Part shown: in pieces, positions 9,650 through 18,634 of the stretch
Layout: the number at the start of each line of letters is the position of its first letter
How positions within the stretch are numbered: the stretch's first letter is position 1
Assembly (NCBI GenBank): GCA_963713695.1
Contig: CAVQMU010000002.1
Coordinates: forward strand, 564,041-628,040
Length of the DNA: 64,000 bases
Source of the DNA: an uncultured Alphaproteobacteria bacterium
GTDB lineage: Bacteria > Pseudomonadota > Alphaproteobacteria > Rhizobiales > Beijerinckiaceae
Reading direction: 5' to 3'
Position numbers and translations under genes: made by a program
The notes under the pieces: generated by a model
Database searches by the model: none
What the model was told of the DNA's origin: nothing
What the model saw: only the letters and a program-made list of their open reading frames with translations

Positions 9650-10471
9650 TCAGCCGGAAAGTTCGCCCGCGCGCCGCGCCGCCGCTTCCGTCGCCCGCGC
9701 CATCAGGGCGGCGAGGCCGTCCGGGGCCATCAGCGCTTCGAGCGCCGCCTGCGTCGTGCCGCCGGGCGAGGTGACGTTTTTCCGCAAGGTTTCGGCTGAG
9801 GTTTCGGGCTGGAGGCGCAGTAATTCGCCCGAGCCCTCGACGGTCTTTCGCGCCAATCGCAGCGCCAGGTCCTGCGGCAGGCCGAGCGCCGCGCCGGCCT
9901 GCGCGAGCGCTTCGACGAGATAAAAGACATAGGCGGGGCCGGAGCCGGAAATCGCCGTCACCGCGTCGATCAGCCCTTCGAACTCAACCCATTCGACCGC
10001 GCCGACGCCGCCAAGCAGCAGATCGGCCTGATTCCGCTGCGCTTGCGATGTGGCGGCGCTGGCGAAGGCGCCGGTGATGCCGCGTCCGATCGCCGCGGGC
10101 GTGTTCGGCATGGCGCGGACGATGGAGGCAACGGGGAGGCGCGCCGAGAGATTGGCGATGGTCTTGCCGGCGAGGATGGATATGAGCAGGCTCCCCGTCG
10201 CAAACAACGGGGCCAGCGCGCTGGCGGAGGCGTCGAGCATCTGCGGCTTGATCGCCAGGACCACCACGTCGCTCGGCCTCGGCTCCGGGTTGAGCGCAAA
10301 TCCATTCGTCGCGGCGAGAGACGCGATCGCCTCGGAGGGATGCGGTTCGAAGACGGCGATGCCCCTGGCGTCTATGCCCGAGGCGAGCCAGCCGCCAAGC
10401 AGGGCCGCGCCCATCTTTCCTGCGCCGACAAGAGCGAGCGACGATTGCGCAATCGGGTCACGCGCGGACAT
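9650..10471 (-). CDS. proC: pyrroline-5-carboxylate reductase
   Basis: LALVGAGKMGAALL…VVLAIKPQ…ISGSGPAYVFYLVEAL…GGTTQAALEAL. Start ATG at 10469-10471 overlaps the ybjN stop (TAATG). Confidence 0.9.
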   Translation of the reverse strand: MSARDPIAQSSLALVGAGKMGAALLGGWLASGIDARGIAVFEPHPSEAIASLAATNGFALNPEPRPSDVVVLAIKPQMLDASASALAPLFATGSLLISILAGKTIANLSARLPVASIVRAMPNTPAAIGRGITGAFASAATSQAQRNQADLLLGGVGAVEWVEFEGLIDAVTAISGSGPAYVFYLVEALAQAGAALGLPQDLALRLARKTVEGSGELLRLQPETSAETLRKNVTSPGGTTQAALEALMAPDGLAALMARATEAAARRAGELSG

Positions 10472-10974
10472 TACGCCTCGCCGTGGGTGTCGAACATGGC
10501 GCCTTCCAGCGCCTCGGCCGTCGATTTGCCGGCCCAGACGACGAACTGGAACGATTGATAATAGCGCTCGCAGGCTTCCAGCGCATTGGCCAGCGCCGCC
10601 TCGCATTGCGCGTCATTGGCCTGCGCGCCGCCGGCAAGCAGCAGGGCGTGGCGGAACATCACCACGCCGTCCTTCGTCCAGACGTCGAAATGGCCGACCC
10701 AGAGTTGTTCGTTGATTTTCGAGACGAGGCTCGAAGCCTCCATGCGGCGGCGCTCGGGAACCTTGAGGTCGAAGGCGCAGGCGAGATGCAGCGCCTCGTG
10801 CTGCGGCAGCCAGGTAAAGGCGACATTGTAATCGGCCCAGCTTCCCGCGACGCTGATCGAGATTTCGTCGGGATCGTCGCGGTCGAAACTCCAGTCCTTC
10901 AGGCTGGCGATTCTTTCCACCACGTCCACCGGGTGCTCGACCCGTTCGTCCAATTCAATTCCAGAGTGCAACAT
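10471..10974 (-). CDS. YbjN-domain protein (putative sensory-transduction or chaperone-like)
   Basis: YbjN-like sequence. The conserved ybjN-proC arrangement of alphaproteobacteria is recalled from memory, not searched. Confidence 0.75.
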   Translation of the reverse strand: MLHSGIELDERVEHPVDVVERIASLKDWSFDRDDPDEISISVAGSWADYNVAFTWLPQHEALHLACAFDLKVPERRRMEASSLVSKINEQLWVGHFDVWTKDGVVMFRHALLLAGGAQANDAQCEAALANALEACERYYQSFQFVVWAGKSTAEALEGAMFDTHGEA

Positions 10975-11212
10975 CGATCGGTCCTGGGCGCGACGGGCGC
11001 GACAGTAGAGGAAACGCAGCGATACTCATGAAAACCCGACCGCGAGCGAAGCTGGCCATTCCCTCAGCGAATCACCCGGCAAAGCCAATATAGTCAGATT
11101 TGCACGGTAACGGAAAGTTGAGCCGAACTGCGGCGGTACTGAGGCAAGGTGCTGGATTCGCACGAAAACGTCCACCGGATGCATGGGGGCGTCCACAGCT
11201 AATCGCTTGCGA

Positions 11213-11243
11213 CGTGAAAAAACCGGCCCGCGATGCAGGCCGG
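11213..11243 (-). terminator. rho-independent terminator downstream of the ubiK-like gene
   Basis: Minus-strand reading CCGGCC-TGCATCGCG-GGCCGG followed by TTTTTT. Confidence 0.5.
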
Positions 11244-11301
11244 CACAAGAAAAGCCGAATCAATATTTGCAAGCGTTTTTTATTACGCCCCTTGAAATGA
11301 C

Positions 11302-11571
11302 TCAGGATTTGGTCTCCGGCGCCGCGGCGGTTCTCGCTTCAAGCTCCGCGATGCGCTTTTCAAGCGCGTCGTTGGCGTTGCGCGCGGCGACCGCCATGTC
11401 GCGCACCGCTTCGAATTCCTCGCGGTTGACCATGTCCATGTTGGAAAGCAGGCGCTCGACCTGGGACTTGATGGCGGCTTCGGCCTCGCGGCCCAGGCTG
11501 CGCGCCGCGCCGGCGGCGTCGTTGAACAGGCGCGACATGTCGTCGAAAAAGCGGGGACGCGGCGAGGCCAT
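11302..11571 (-). CDS. ubiK: UbiK/YqiC (BMFP) family accessory protein
   Basis: Coiled-coil about 90 aa (…LSNMDMVNREEFEAVRDMAVAARNANDALEKRIAELEAR…). ATG at 11569-11571 is preceded by a GGAGA Shine-Dalgarno. The longer ORF to 11637 is probably an upstream extension. Confidence 0.7.
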   Translation of the reverse strand: MASPRPRFFDDMSRLFNDAAGAARSLGREAEAAIKSQVERLLSNMDMVNREEFEAVRDMAVAARNANDALEKRIAELEARTAAAPETKS

Positions 11572-11742
11572 GAGTATCTCCGGTGGAAAAAACTGCGTTT
11601 CGCCGCAACAAATGGGCGCGAACGGCGGGAAACGCAAGAAGACCGCCGAAACTCTTTCGCCGGCGGCCGTCCGGCCCTTGCCGGACGCCGCGCCGCGCTT
11701 TACGGATTCGGCGTCGCTTCAAACAAGCGGTCAGGATTTGCC

Positions 11743-12585
11743 ATGCCGCTTTTTCTCCTGCCTTTCCCGGTCATCGATCCGGTCGCTGTCCATCTCGGGC
11801 CCTTGCCGATCCGCTGGTACGCCCTGGGCTACATCGTCTCGCTGGTGGCGGGCTGGCTGATCGCCGCGCGACTCGTTCGCAGCGACAGGCTTTTCGGCGA
11901 CTTGCCGCGGCCATCGGTCGAAAGCCTCGACGATCTCCTCGTCTACGTCGCCTTCGGCGCCGTGCTCGGCGGCCGCACCGGCTACGTGCTTTTCTACAAT
12001 CTCGATTATTTCCTGCGAAATCCTGGGGAAATCCCGATACTCTGGAACGGCGGCATGTCCTTCCACGGCGGCCTGGCGGGAGCGGCCCTGGGCGCGTGGC
12101 TTTTTGCGCGCCGCGTCAAAACGCCGTTGCTCACCGTAGGCGACCTCGTCTGCGCTGTCGCTCCGATCGGGCTCTTCCTGGTGCGCATCGCCAATTTCAT
12201 CAAGCCGGAATTATGGGGGCGCCCGACCGACGTCCCGTGGGCGATGGTCTTCCCCGGCGCGGGGCCGGAGCCGCGTCATCCCAGCCAGCTTTACGAGGCG
12301 GGGCTCGAAGGTCTCGTCCTTGGCCTGATCCTGGCTTTCGCCGTGCGGCGCGGCGCCTTTCGCCATCCCGGCTTGACCCTCGGGCTATTCGCGAGCCTTT
12401 ATGGTCTGGCTCGCATTTTCTGCGAGTTTTTTCGCGAACCGGATCCGCAGCTCGGCTTCCTGTTCGGCGGCGCGACCATGGGCATGTTGCTCTCGGCGCC
12501 ACTCGTGGGTCTCGGAGGCGTTTTGATCGCATTTTCTCTTCGCCGGCATCCCCTGCGACAAGAGGAAACTGCGGAAAATAATTGA
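11743..12585 (+). CDS. lgt: prolipoprotein diacylglyceryl transferase
   Basis: Lgt signature region (…HGGLAGAALGAW…RIANFIKPELWGRPTDVPWAMVFP…) in a multi-TM protein. Confidence 0.9.
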   Translation: MPLFLLPFPVIDPVAVHLGPLPIRWYALGYIVSLVAGWLIAARLVRSDRLFGDLPRPSVESLDDLLVYVAFGAVLGGRTGYVLFYNLDYFLRNPGEIPILWNGGMSFHGGLAGAALGAWLFARRVKTPLLTVGDLVCAVAPIGLFLVRIANFIKPELWGRPTDVPWAMVFPGAGPEPRHPSQLYEAGLEGLVLGLILAFAVRRGAFRHPGLTLGLFASLYGLARIFCEFFREPDPQLGFLFGGATMGMLLSAPLVGLGGVLIAFSLRRHPLRQEETAENN

Positions 12586-12600
12586 GCGGGAGGGCGGCAA

Positions 12601-13707
12601 ATGACCGACGTGCAAAAAAACGACCTCGGGGCGGAAATCCGGGAAATCATCGCCCAGGACGGACCCATTTCAATCGAGCGATTCATGGGCCTCGCCCTGA
12701 CGCATCCGACCAAGGGCTATTACACGACGCGCAATCCTTTCGGCGCCGCCGGCGATTTTGTCACCGCGCCCGACATTTCCCAGATGTTCGGCGAATTGTT
12801 CGGCCTCTGGGCGGCGCAGGTCTGGGCGCAGATCGGCTCGCCCCCATCGGTGCTGCTGGCGGAACTGGGGCCGGGGCGGGGCGTGCTGATGTCCGACGCC
12901 CTGCGCGCAGCCAGGGCTGCGCCGGAATTTTTCAACGCCATCAGCGTGCATCTCGTCGAGGCCAGCGACGTCCTCGCGCGGGAGCAGGCGGACAGGCTCG
13001 CCGCCTGCGGCCGTCCCGTCACCTGGCACAAGAGCTTCGACGACCTGCCGTCGGGACCCGCGATCGTCTTCGCCAATGAATTCTTCGACGCGCTGCCGGT
13101 GCGCCACTACGTCAAGACGCCGCAAGGCTGGCGGGAGAGGCTCGTCGGCCTCGACGGCGAGGGCGGCCTGTCCTTCGGCCTCAGTCCGGAGATCGAGCCC
13201 TATCTCAAGGCCAAGGCGGACGATGGCGTGGTTCTTGAGGTCGGCGCCGCTGCGCAAAGACTGATGACCCAGATTGCGGCGCGAGTCGCGACCGAAAACG
13301 GCGCGCTGCTGGCTGTCGATTACGGCTATGACCATACGGGCCTCGGCGAGACCCTGCAGGCGGTCAAGGCGCATCAATTCGTCGATCCGCTCGCGGAGCC
13401 GGGCGAGGCCGATCTCACCACCCACGTCGATTTCGCGGCTCTGGCGCGCGCGGCGTTGTCCGCCAATGCGCAGGTGTCCGGTCCCGTGGGGCAGGGCGAT
13501 TTCTTGCGCGAGATCGGCATTCTCCAGCGCGCCGACGCTTTAAAAAGTCGCGCGACGCCGGAACAGGCCCAGGATATCGACCAGGCCGTCGCGCGGCTGA
13601 CGGGGGCGGCCGACAATGAGATGGGGACTTTGTTCAAGGTTCTGGCGGTGACGCGGCGCGGCGTGAAGGACGTGCCGGGCTTTTCCGGGGACGACACGGC
13701 GGCATGA
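12601..13707 (+). CDS. class I SAM-dependent methyltransferase, MidA/NDUFAF7 family
   Basis: GPISIERFMGLAL…YYTTRNPFGAAGDFVTAPDISQMFGEL…LAELGPGRG. Conserved lgt-midA-pgeF order. Confidence 0.85.
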   Translation: MTDVQKNDLGAEIREIIAQDGPISIERFMGLALTHPTKGYYTTRNPFGAAGDFVTAPDISQMFGELFGLWAAQVWAQIGSPPSVLLAELGPGRGVLMSDALRAARAAPEFFNAISVHLVEASDVLAREQADRLAACGRPVTWHKSFDDLPSGPAIVFANEFFDALPVRHYVKTPQGWRERLVGLDGEGGLSFGLSPEIEPYLKAKADDGVVLEVGAAAQRLMTQIAARVATENGALLAVDYGYDHTGLGETLQAVKAHQFVDPLAEPGEADLTTHVDFAALARAALSANAQVSGPVGQGDFLREIGILQRADALKSRATPEQAQDIDQAVARLTGAADNEMGTLFKVLAVTRRGVKDVPGFSGDDTAA

Positions 13708-14519
13708 GCCAAGAAAACGATAAGCAAGGAAACGATAAGCAAGAAATCGATCACGTCGAGCGGGCCGCGATTCGCGCGCCGGCGCTTCAGGGCGTCAGGC
13801 ATGCTTTTTTCACGCGGCAGGGCGGCGTGTCCGAGGGCGTCTATGCCTCGCTCAACGGCGGCGTCGGCTCCAATGACGATCCCGCCGCCGTGGCGGAAAA
13901 CCGGGCCCGCATGGCGTCTGTTCTCGGCGTGAAGGCGGATAATTTCCTCGTGCCTTACCAGGTCCATTCGGCGGACGCCCTTGCGATCTCGGCCCCGTGG
14001 GCAGAGGGCGCGCGGCCGCGTTGCGACGGCTTGGTCACGGCGACGCCGGGACTTGGGCTGGGCGTCACAGGCGCCGATTGCGGCATTCTGCTCTTCGCCG
14101 ACAAGAGCGCGGGCGTAATCGGCGCGGCGCATTCTGGCTGGAAAGGCGCGCTGGGCGGCATGGTCGAGGCTTTGGTCGCCGCCATGGTGGATCTTGGAGC
14201 GCGGCGCGAAAACATTTGCGCCGCTCTGGGGCCGACCATCGGCCAGCAAAGCTACGAGGTCGGGGCGGAATTTTACGCGAAATTTTGCGTCGAGCACGCC
14301 GAATTTGCGAGATTTTTCAGAGCCTCGACACGGCCAGGCCATCACATGTTCGACCTGCCGGGCTTCATCGAAATGCGCGTGGAGCGGGCGCGGATCGGCG
14401 CTTTTGAAAACCTGCGCCTGGACACTTATTCCGACGAGGCGCGCTTCTATTCCTACCGCCGCATGACTCATCGGGGCGAACCGGACTACGGCCGGCTCGT
14501 GGCGGGAATAGCTTTGTGA
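13704..14519 (+). CDS. pgeF: peptidoglycan editing factor PgeF (YfiH/laccase-domain protein)
   Basis: …TRQGGVSEGVYASLN…VHSADA…CDGLVT…LGVTGADCGILLFAD…GAAHSGWKG… DUF152 motifs. Confidence 0.85.
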   Translation: MSQENDKQGNDKQEIDHVERAAIRAPALQGVRHAFFTRQGGVSEGVYASLNGGVGSNDDPAAVAENRARMASVLGVKADNFLVPYQVHSADALAISAPWAEGARPRCDGLVTATPGLGLGVTGADCGILLFADKSAGVIGAAHSGWKGALGGMVEALVAAMVDLGARRENICAALGPTIGQQSYEVGAEFYAKFCVEHAEFARFFRASTRPGHHMFDLPGFIEMRVERARIGAFENLRLDTYSDEARFYSYRRMTHRGEPDYGRLVAGIAL

Positions 14520-14722
14520 AAGCAACCGCGCAGGGGTCGCGAACGCAAGCGAAGCAATGCCAGGAGATGCCCGCATTGCGTCCGTGTAGTCTGCGGAACC
14601 ATGCAATATCTTACGCGTTCAGTCAGTCCACGAGGGCGGCGTTCGCACATTATATTTTTATGCTGTAGTAAATCTGTGACTTGAGCGATGTGATCGCCCT
14701 CCAGAGTTCATGGAGGTCTTGC

Positions 14723-15550
14723 ATGACATTCAAATCCGCCACTGCTTTGGCTGGCGTTCTGCTGGCCGCCTCGGGCTTGAGCGCCTTGGCTCGCCCGGGC
14801 GTGACCTCGACCGACTCAAATCTGCGCAGCGGACCGGGCGTTGAAAGCCCTGTCGTCAGCGTTCTCCCCGCGGGAACGCCGATTGACGTCGGCCGATGCG
14901 CTGGAAGTTGGTGCCGCGTCCGCGCCGAGGGCGGGGCGGGCTATCTGTCCCGCTCGCTGATCGCCTTCGGTGGGGCGCCGGGACGGGCCATCGGGCGCGT
15001 CGACGGCGGGGCGACCGCCTATCCCGGCGACGACTACGCCAACAATGGCTACGGCTACGACAATTCGAGCTACGGCTACGACAATTACGGCTACGGCTAC
15101 GGCGATGGCTATGACTACGGCCCGGATGTCGGGATAGGCCTCGGTTTCTATGACGGCGGCGGTCGTGGCTATCGGCGTGGAGAGAACGGCGGCCAGTATG
15201 CTGGGGAACGTGGCGTCCGTGTTCGGCATGGAGGGAACGGCGGCCAACTTGCCGAGAGACGTGGCGTTCGTGGCGGCGCTCCTGCCGGCGGCGGCGCGGG
15301 TCGAGGTCCTGTGGCGGCCGATTCCGGCTCCTTCGATCGTGGCGGTCCGGCCAGGACAAGCAAGCCTGCGGCAGTTGGCGGCGGCGCTCCTGCCGGCGGC
15401 GGCGCGGACCGTGGTCCTGTGGCGGCCGATCCCGGCTCCTTCGATCGTGGCGGCGCGGGCAGGACAAGCAAGCCTGCGGCGGCTGGCGGCGGGTTCCACG
15501 GCGGCGGCGGTCACGGCGGCAGGCGTCCGGGTGGCGGCGAAGTCCGCTAG
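14723..15550 (+). CDS. secreted bacterial SH3-domain protein with Tyr/Gly-rich and Gly-rich repetitive C-terminal region
   Basis: Signal peptide MTFKSATALAGVLLAASGLSALA with a GGAGG Shine-Dalgarno 7 nt upstream. SH3_3-like GVTSTDSNLRSGPGVESPVVSVLPAGTPIDVGRCAGSWCRV. Then YGYDNSSYGYDNYGYGYGDGYDYG and Gly-rich repeats. Confidence 0.8.
   Translation: MTFKSATALAGVLLAASGLSALARPGVTSTDSNLRSGPGVESPVVSVLPAGTPIDVGRCAGSWCRVRAEGGAGYLSRSLIAFGGAPGRAIGRVDGGATAYPGDDYANNGYGYDNSSYGYDNYGYGYGDGYDYGPDVGIGLGFYDGGGRGYRRGENGGQYAGERGVRVRHGGNGGQLAERRGVRGGAPAGGGAGRGPVAADSGSFDRGGPARTSKPAAVGGGAPAGGGADRGPVAADPGSFDRGGAGRTSKPAAAGGGFHGGGGHGGRRPGGGEVR
15268..15480 (+). repeat. two tandem ~105-bp (35-aa) repeats inside the SH3-protein gene
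   Basis: …GGAPAGGGAGRGPVAADSGSFDRGGPARTSKPAAV / GGAPAGGGADRGPVAADPGSFDRGGAGRTSKPAAA… nearly identical at the DNA level. Confidence 0.6.
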
Positions 15551-15565
15551 TCTCTGAAGAAGGAC

Positions 15566-15592
15566 AAAAGCGGCGCTCGACGCGCCGCTTTT
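15566..15592. terminator. bidirectional hairpin terminator between the convergent SH3-protein gene and yqeY
   Basis: AGCGGCGCTCGACGCGCCGCT followed by TTTT, flanked by an A-run on the opposite side. Confidence 0.5.
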
Positions 15593-15596
15593 CGAC

Positions 15597-16049
15597 TCAG
15601 CCCGCGAGGGCGGCCTTGACCAGGCCGCTGGCCTTGCCAAAATCCATCTTGCCCGAGTGCTGGGCCTTCAGCACAGCGATGACTTTGCCCATGTCCTTGA
15701 TCGAGGCGGCGCCCGTCTCGGCGATGGCGGCATGAATCGCGGCGGACACCTCCTCGTCGCTCATCGGCTGCGGCAGGAAGCTCGTGATGATGGCGATTTC
15801 CTCGCGCTCCTGCGCGGCGAGTTCCGGGCGGGCGTTCTTCTCGTAGATGTCCATCAATTCCTGGCGGCTTTTCACCAGTTTCTGCAGCAGGGCGAGAATT
15901 TCGTCCTCGCCCATTTCCTTGCCCGAGGTGCGGGCTTCGATATCCTTGTCCTTCAGGGCGGCGGTGATCATCCGGATGGTTTCGACGCGGCGTTTTTCGC
16001 CCGCCTTCATCGCCAGCTTGAGTTCAGAGGTGAATTTTTCGCGCAACAT
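15597..16049 (-). CDS. yqeY: GatB/YqeY-domain protein
   Basis: MLREKFTSELKLAMKAGEKRRVETIRMITAALKDKDIEAR…; the longer ORF to 16160 is an upstream extension. Confidence 0.85.
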   Translation of the reverse strand: MLREKFTSELKLAMKAGEKRRVETIRMITAALKDKDIEARTSGKEMGEDEILALLQKLVKSRQELMDIYEKNARPELAAQEREEIAIITSFLPQPMSDEEVSAAIHAAIAETGAASIKDMGKVIAVLKAQHSGKMDFGKASGLVKAALAG

Positions 16050-16063
16050 GATGATTGTCCGTT

Positions 16064-16266
16064 GGGTTGAGCCGGATTGAAGGGGCTTTGCAAGGCAAAG
16101 CCGGGGTTGGCGGGCTTTGGAAGTCCGAAGCCTGGGGTTAGCGAGGCTTTGGAAGTCCAAAGCCTGGGGTTAGCGAGGCTTTGGAAGTCCAAAGCCTGGG
16201 GTTAGCGAGGCTTTGGAAGTCCAAAGCCTGGGGTTGACGGGGCTTTGGAAGTCCAAAGCCTGGGGT
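16064..16266. repeat. about 6.3 tandem copies of a 32-bp unit (GGCTTTGGAAGTCCAAAGCCTGGGGTTAGCGA), each with an 8-bp-stem hairpin, in the yqeY/carA divergent intergenic region
   Basis: Period measured as 32 nt (16145 to 16177). The stem GGCTTTGG/CCAAAGCC recurs in every copy. The first copy carries compensatory changes (GGCTTTGC…GCAAAGCC) that preserve pairing. Confidence 0.8.
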
Positions 16267-16384
16267 TGACGGGGTAAAACCGCTCGCCTAGCTTGCGCGC
16301 AGTTTCAGACCCCCTTAAATGCAGACAGCCGCAAACGCCTCGGTCGAGGCGTGAAGTCGTGCGCAAATCTGTAGAGCGAGCAAG

Positions 16385-17578
16385 ATGCAGGATCAAGCCA
16401 AAGCCTCCGGATGGGAAAAACCGGTTCCGACCGCGCTGCTCGTATTGGCCGACGGAACGGTGATCGAGGGTTTTGGTTTCGGCGCGCCCGGCAAGGCGGT
16501 TGGCGAGGTCTGCTTCAACACCGCCATGACCGGCTATCAGGAAATCCTCACGGACCCCTCCTATGCCGGGCAGATCGTCACTTTCACCTTCCCGCATATC
16601 GGCAATGTCGGCGCCAATGACGAGGACGTCGAAACCGTCGATTTCTCTCGTGTCTTCGGCGCGCGCGGCGTGATCGTGCAGGCGCCCGTCACCGAGCCCT
16701 CGAATTTCCGGTCGCAGAAAACTTTCGACGCCTGGCTCAAGATGCGCGGCATCATCGGCCTCTGCGGCATCGACACGCGCGCCCTGACGGCCATGATCCG
16801 CGAAAAGGGCATGCCGAACGCCGTCATCGCCTATGCGCCGGACGGCCAGTTCGACGTCGACGCGCTCAAGCGCGAAGCGGCGGGCTGGCCGGGCATCGAC
16901 GGGATGGACCTCGTCCCGGGCGTCACCGCGCACGAGAATTACGCCTGGAGCGAGACGACCTGGCGGCTCGGCGACGGTTTCGGCCGTCAGCAGGCGGCCC
17001 GCTTCAAGGTGGTGGCCCTCGATTTCGGCGTGAAGCGCAACATCCTGCGCCTGCTGGCCGAAGCCGGCTGCGACGTGAGGGTCGTTCCGGCGACGGCCAG
17101 CGCCGAGCAAATCCTGGCGGAAAAGCCGGATGGCGTCTTCCTGTCGAACGGCCCCGGCGATCCTGCCGAAACCGGCAAATATGCCGTTCCGACCATCCAG
17201 AAAATCCTGGAAGCGAAAATCCCGACTTTCGGGATTTGCCTCGGCCACCAGATGATGGCCCTGGCGGTCGGAGCGAAGACGACCAAGATGCATCAGGGCC
17301 ACCATGGCGCCAATCACCCGGTCAAGGATTTCACGACCCACAAGGTCGAGATCGTCTCGATGAACCATGGTTTCGCGGTCGATCCCGCGAGCTTGCCGGC
17401 CAATGCCGTCGAGACGCACCAATCCCTGTTCGACGGATCGAATTGCGGCATTGCGCTCACCGACCGTCCGGCCTTCTCCGTGCAACATCATCCCGAGGCG
17501 TCGCCCGGCCCGCAGGACAGCCACTACCTCTTCGCGCGCTTCGTCGAAATGATGGAAAAGCACAAGGCGGCGGTCTGA
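16385..17578 (+). CDS. carA: carbamoyl-phosphate synthase small (glutamine amidotransferase) subunit
   Basis: …GEVCFNTAMTGYQEILTDPSYAGQIVTFT…GICLGHQMMALAVGAKT…HGANHPV…. Confidence 0.95.
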   Translation: MQDQAKASGWEKPVPTALLVLADGTVIEGFGFGAPGKAVGEVCFNTAMTGYQEILTDPSYAGQIVTFTFPHIGNVGANDEDVETVDFSRVFGARGVIVQAPVTEPSNFRSQKTFDAWLKMRGIIGLCGIDTRALTAMIREKGMPNAVIAYAPDGQFDVDALKREAAGWPGIDGMDLVPGVTAHENYAWSETTWRLGDGFGRQQAARFKVVALDFGVKRNILRLLAEAGCDVRVVPATASAEQILAEKPDGVFLSNGPGDPAETGKYAVPTIQKILEAKIPTFGICLGHQMMALAVGAKTTKMHQGHHGANHPVKDFTTHKVEIVSMNHGFAVDPASLPANAVETHQSLFDGSNCGIALTDRPAFSVQHHPEASPGPQDSHYLFARFVEMMEKHKAAV

Positions 17579-17614
17579 TTTCTAATCCCGCAATGGGCGA
17601 AGGAATCGGGCACC

Positions 17615-18436
17615 TCAGCCTTTCTGGCCCGCCAGTTCCTTCTGGAATGTCGCCAGAACGTCAGCCGGCATGGCGGCGCAATTGTCGCGGGTCGGGAAGC
17701 TTTTTGCCCTGACGTCGGCGAGATAGGAGGCGCTCGCCGTCTTCATTGTCGCGCCGACCTCGGCATAGCGGCGGTTATGGCGGAAATTCCGCTCGATATA
17801 TCCAAGCACGTCAGGGAAGACGAGCACTTGTCCGTCGGTCTCGGGTCCTGCGCCAATGCCGATCGTCGCGGCCTTGACCGCCTTGGTCACGGCGGCGGCC
17901 AATTCCAGCGGCACAAGCTCGAGCACCAGCATGAAGACGCCGGCCTCGTCGAGAATCCGCGCGTCATCGAGGATGCGTCGCGCCTCTTCGCCGGTCTTGC
18001 CGTGCACCCGCCTTTCGCCGGTCTGCGGCTCGTAGCCGAGATGGCCGCAGACCGGGATGCCGGCCTGGTTGAGGACGCGGACCAGTTCGGGATGCGCGCC
18101 TTCGAATTTGACGGCGTCCGCGCCCGCTTCCCGGAGGATTTTTGCGCTGGCGAGCGCCTGTTCCGCCGTGTCATAGGTTGCGAAGGGCAGATCGCTGACG
18201 AGGAACGTGTCGGGCGCGCCGCGCCGTGCGGCGCGGGTATGGTGCGCCATGTCGGCGAGAGTCACTTCGCGCTCGCTTGCATAGCCGAGAATGTTCACGC
18301 CGACGCTGTCGCCGACCAGTATGATGTCGATCTCCGCCGCCTCCTGCGCCCGCGCCTGTGGCGCGTCATAGGCGGTGAGCATGGCGATCTTCTCGCCCCG
18401 GCGTTTCATTTCGGCAAATCTGGAAAGGACGCGCAT
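17615..18436 (-). CDS. panB: 3-methyl-2-oxobutanoate hydroxymethyltransferase
   Basis: …KRRGEKIAMLTAYDAPQA…DIILVGDSVGVNILGY…GADAVKFEG…GHLGYEPQ… The true ATG is at 18434-18436; the longer listed ORF is an extension. Confidence 0.9.
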   Translation of the reverse strand: MRVLSRFAEMKRRGEKIAMLTAYDAPQARAQEAAEIDIILVGDSVGVNILGYASEREVTLADMAHHTRAARRGAPDTFLVSDLPFATYDTAEQALASAKILREAGADAVKFEGAHPELVRVLNQAGIPVCGHLGYEPQTGERRVHGKTGEEARRILDDARILDEAGVFMLVLELVPLELAAAVTKAVKAATIGIGAGPETDGQVLVFPDVLGYIERNFRHNRRYAEVGATMKTASASYLADVRAKSFPTRDNCAAMPADVLATFQKELAGQKG

Positions 18437-18634
18437 TCGCAATCTCTGAGCTGAAACTCCGCCCCGGTTATGGGCGCCTCTCTCTATATCGGGACGGCAG
18501 GCGCGTCCATCGACCCGCAGCCCGCCGCTTTTTTGACAAGAAAACTGTGGATAGCGGCGACAATTTTTACGCGCTGATTGCCATGCGGGTCGCGCCTCCC
18601 CACTTCTCGACAAAACCCTGTTCCAAAGGAAACC

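Noticed and set aside
16064-16266. Possible CRISPR array
   Set aside because: Direct 32-bp repeats are contiguous with no unique spacers and no cas genes are present.
16007-17563. Minus-strand ORFs 16007..16192 and 16202..17563 whose N-termini read …NPRLWTSKAPSTPGFGLPKP…
   Set aside because: They simply translate the 32-bp tandem repeats and the antisense of carA.
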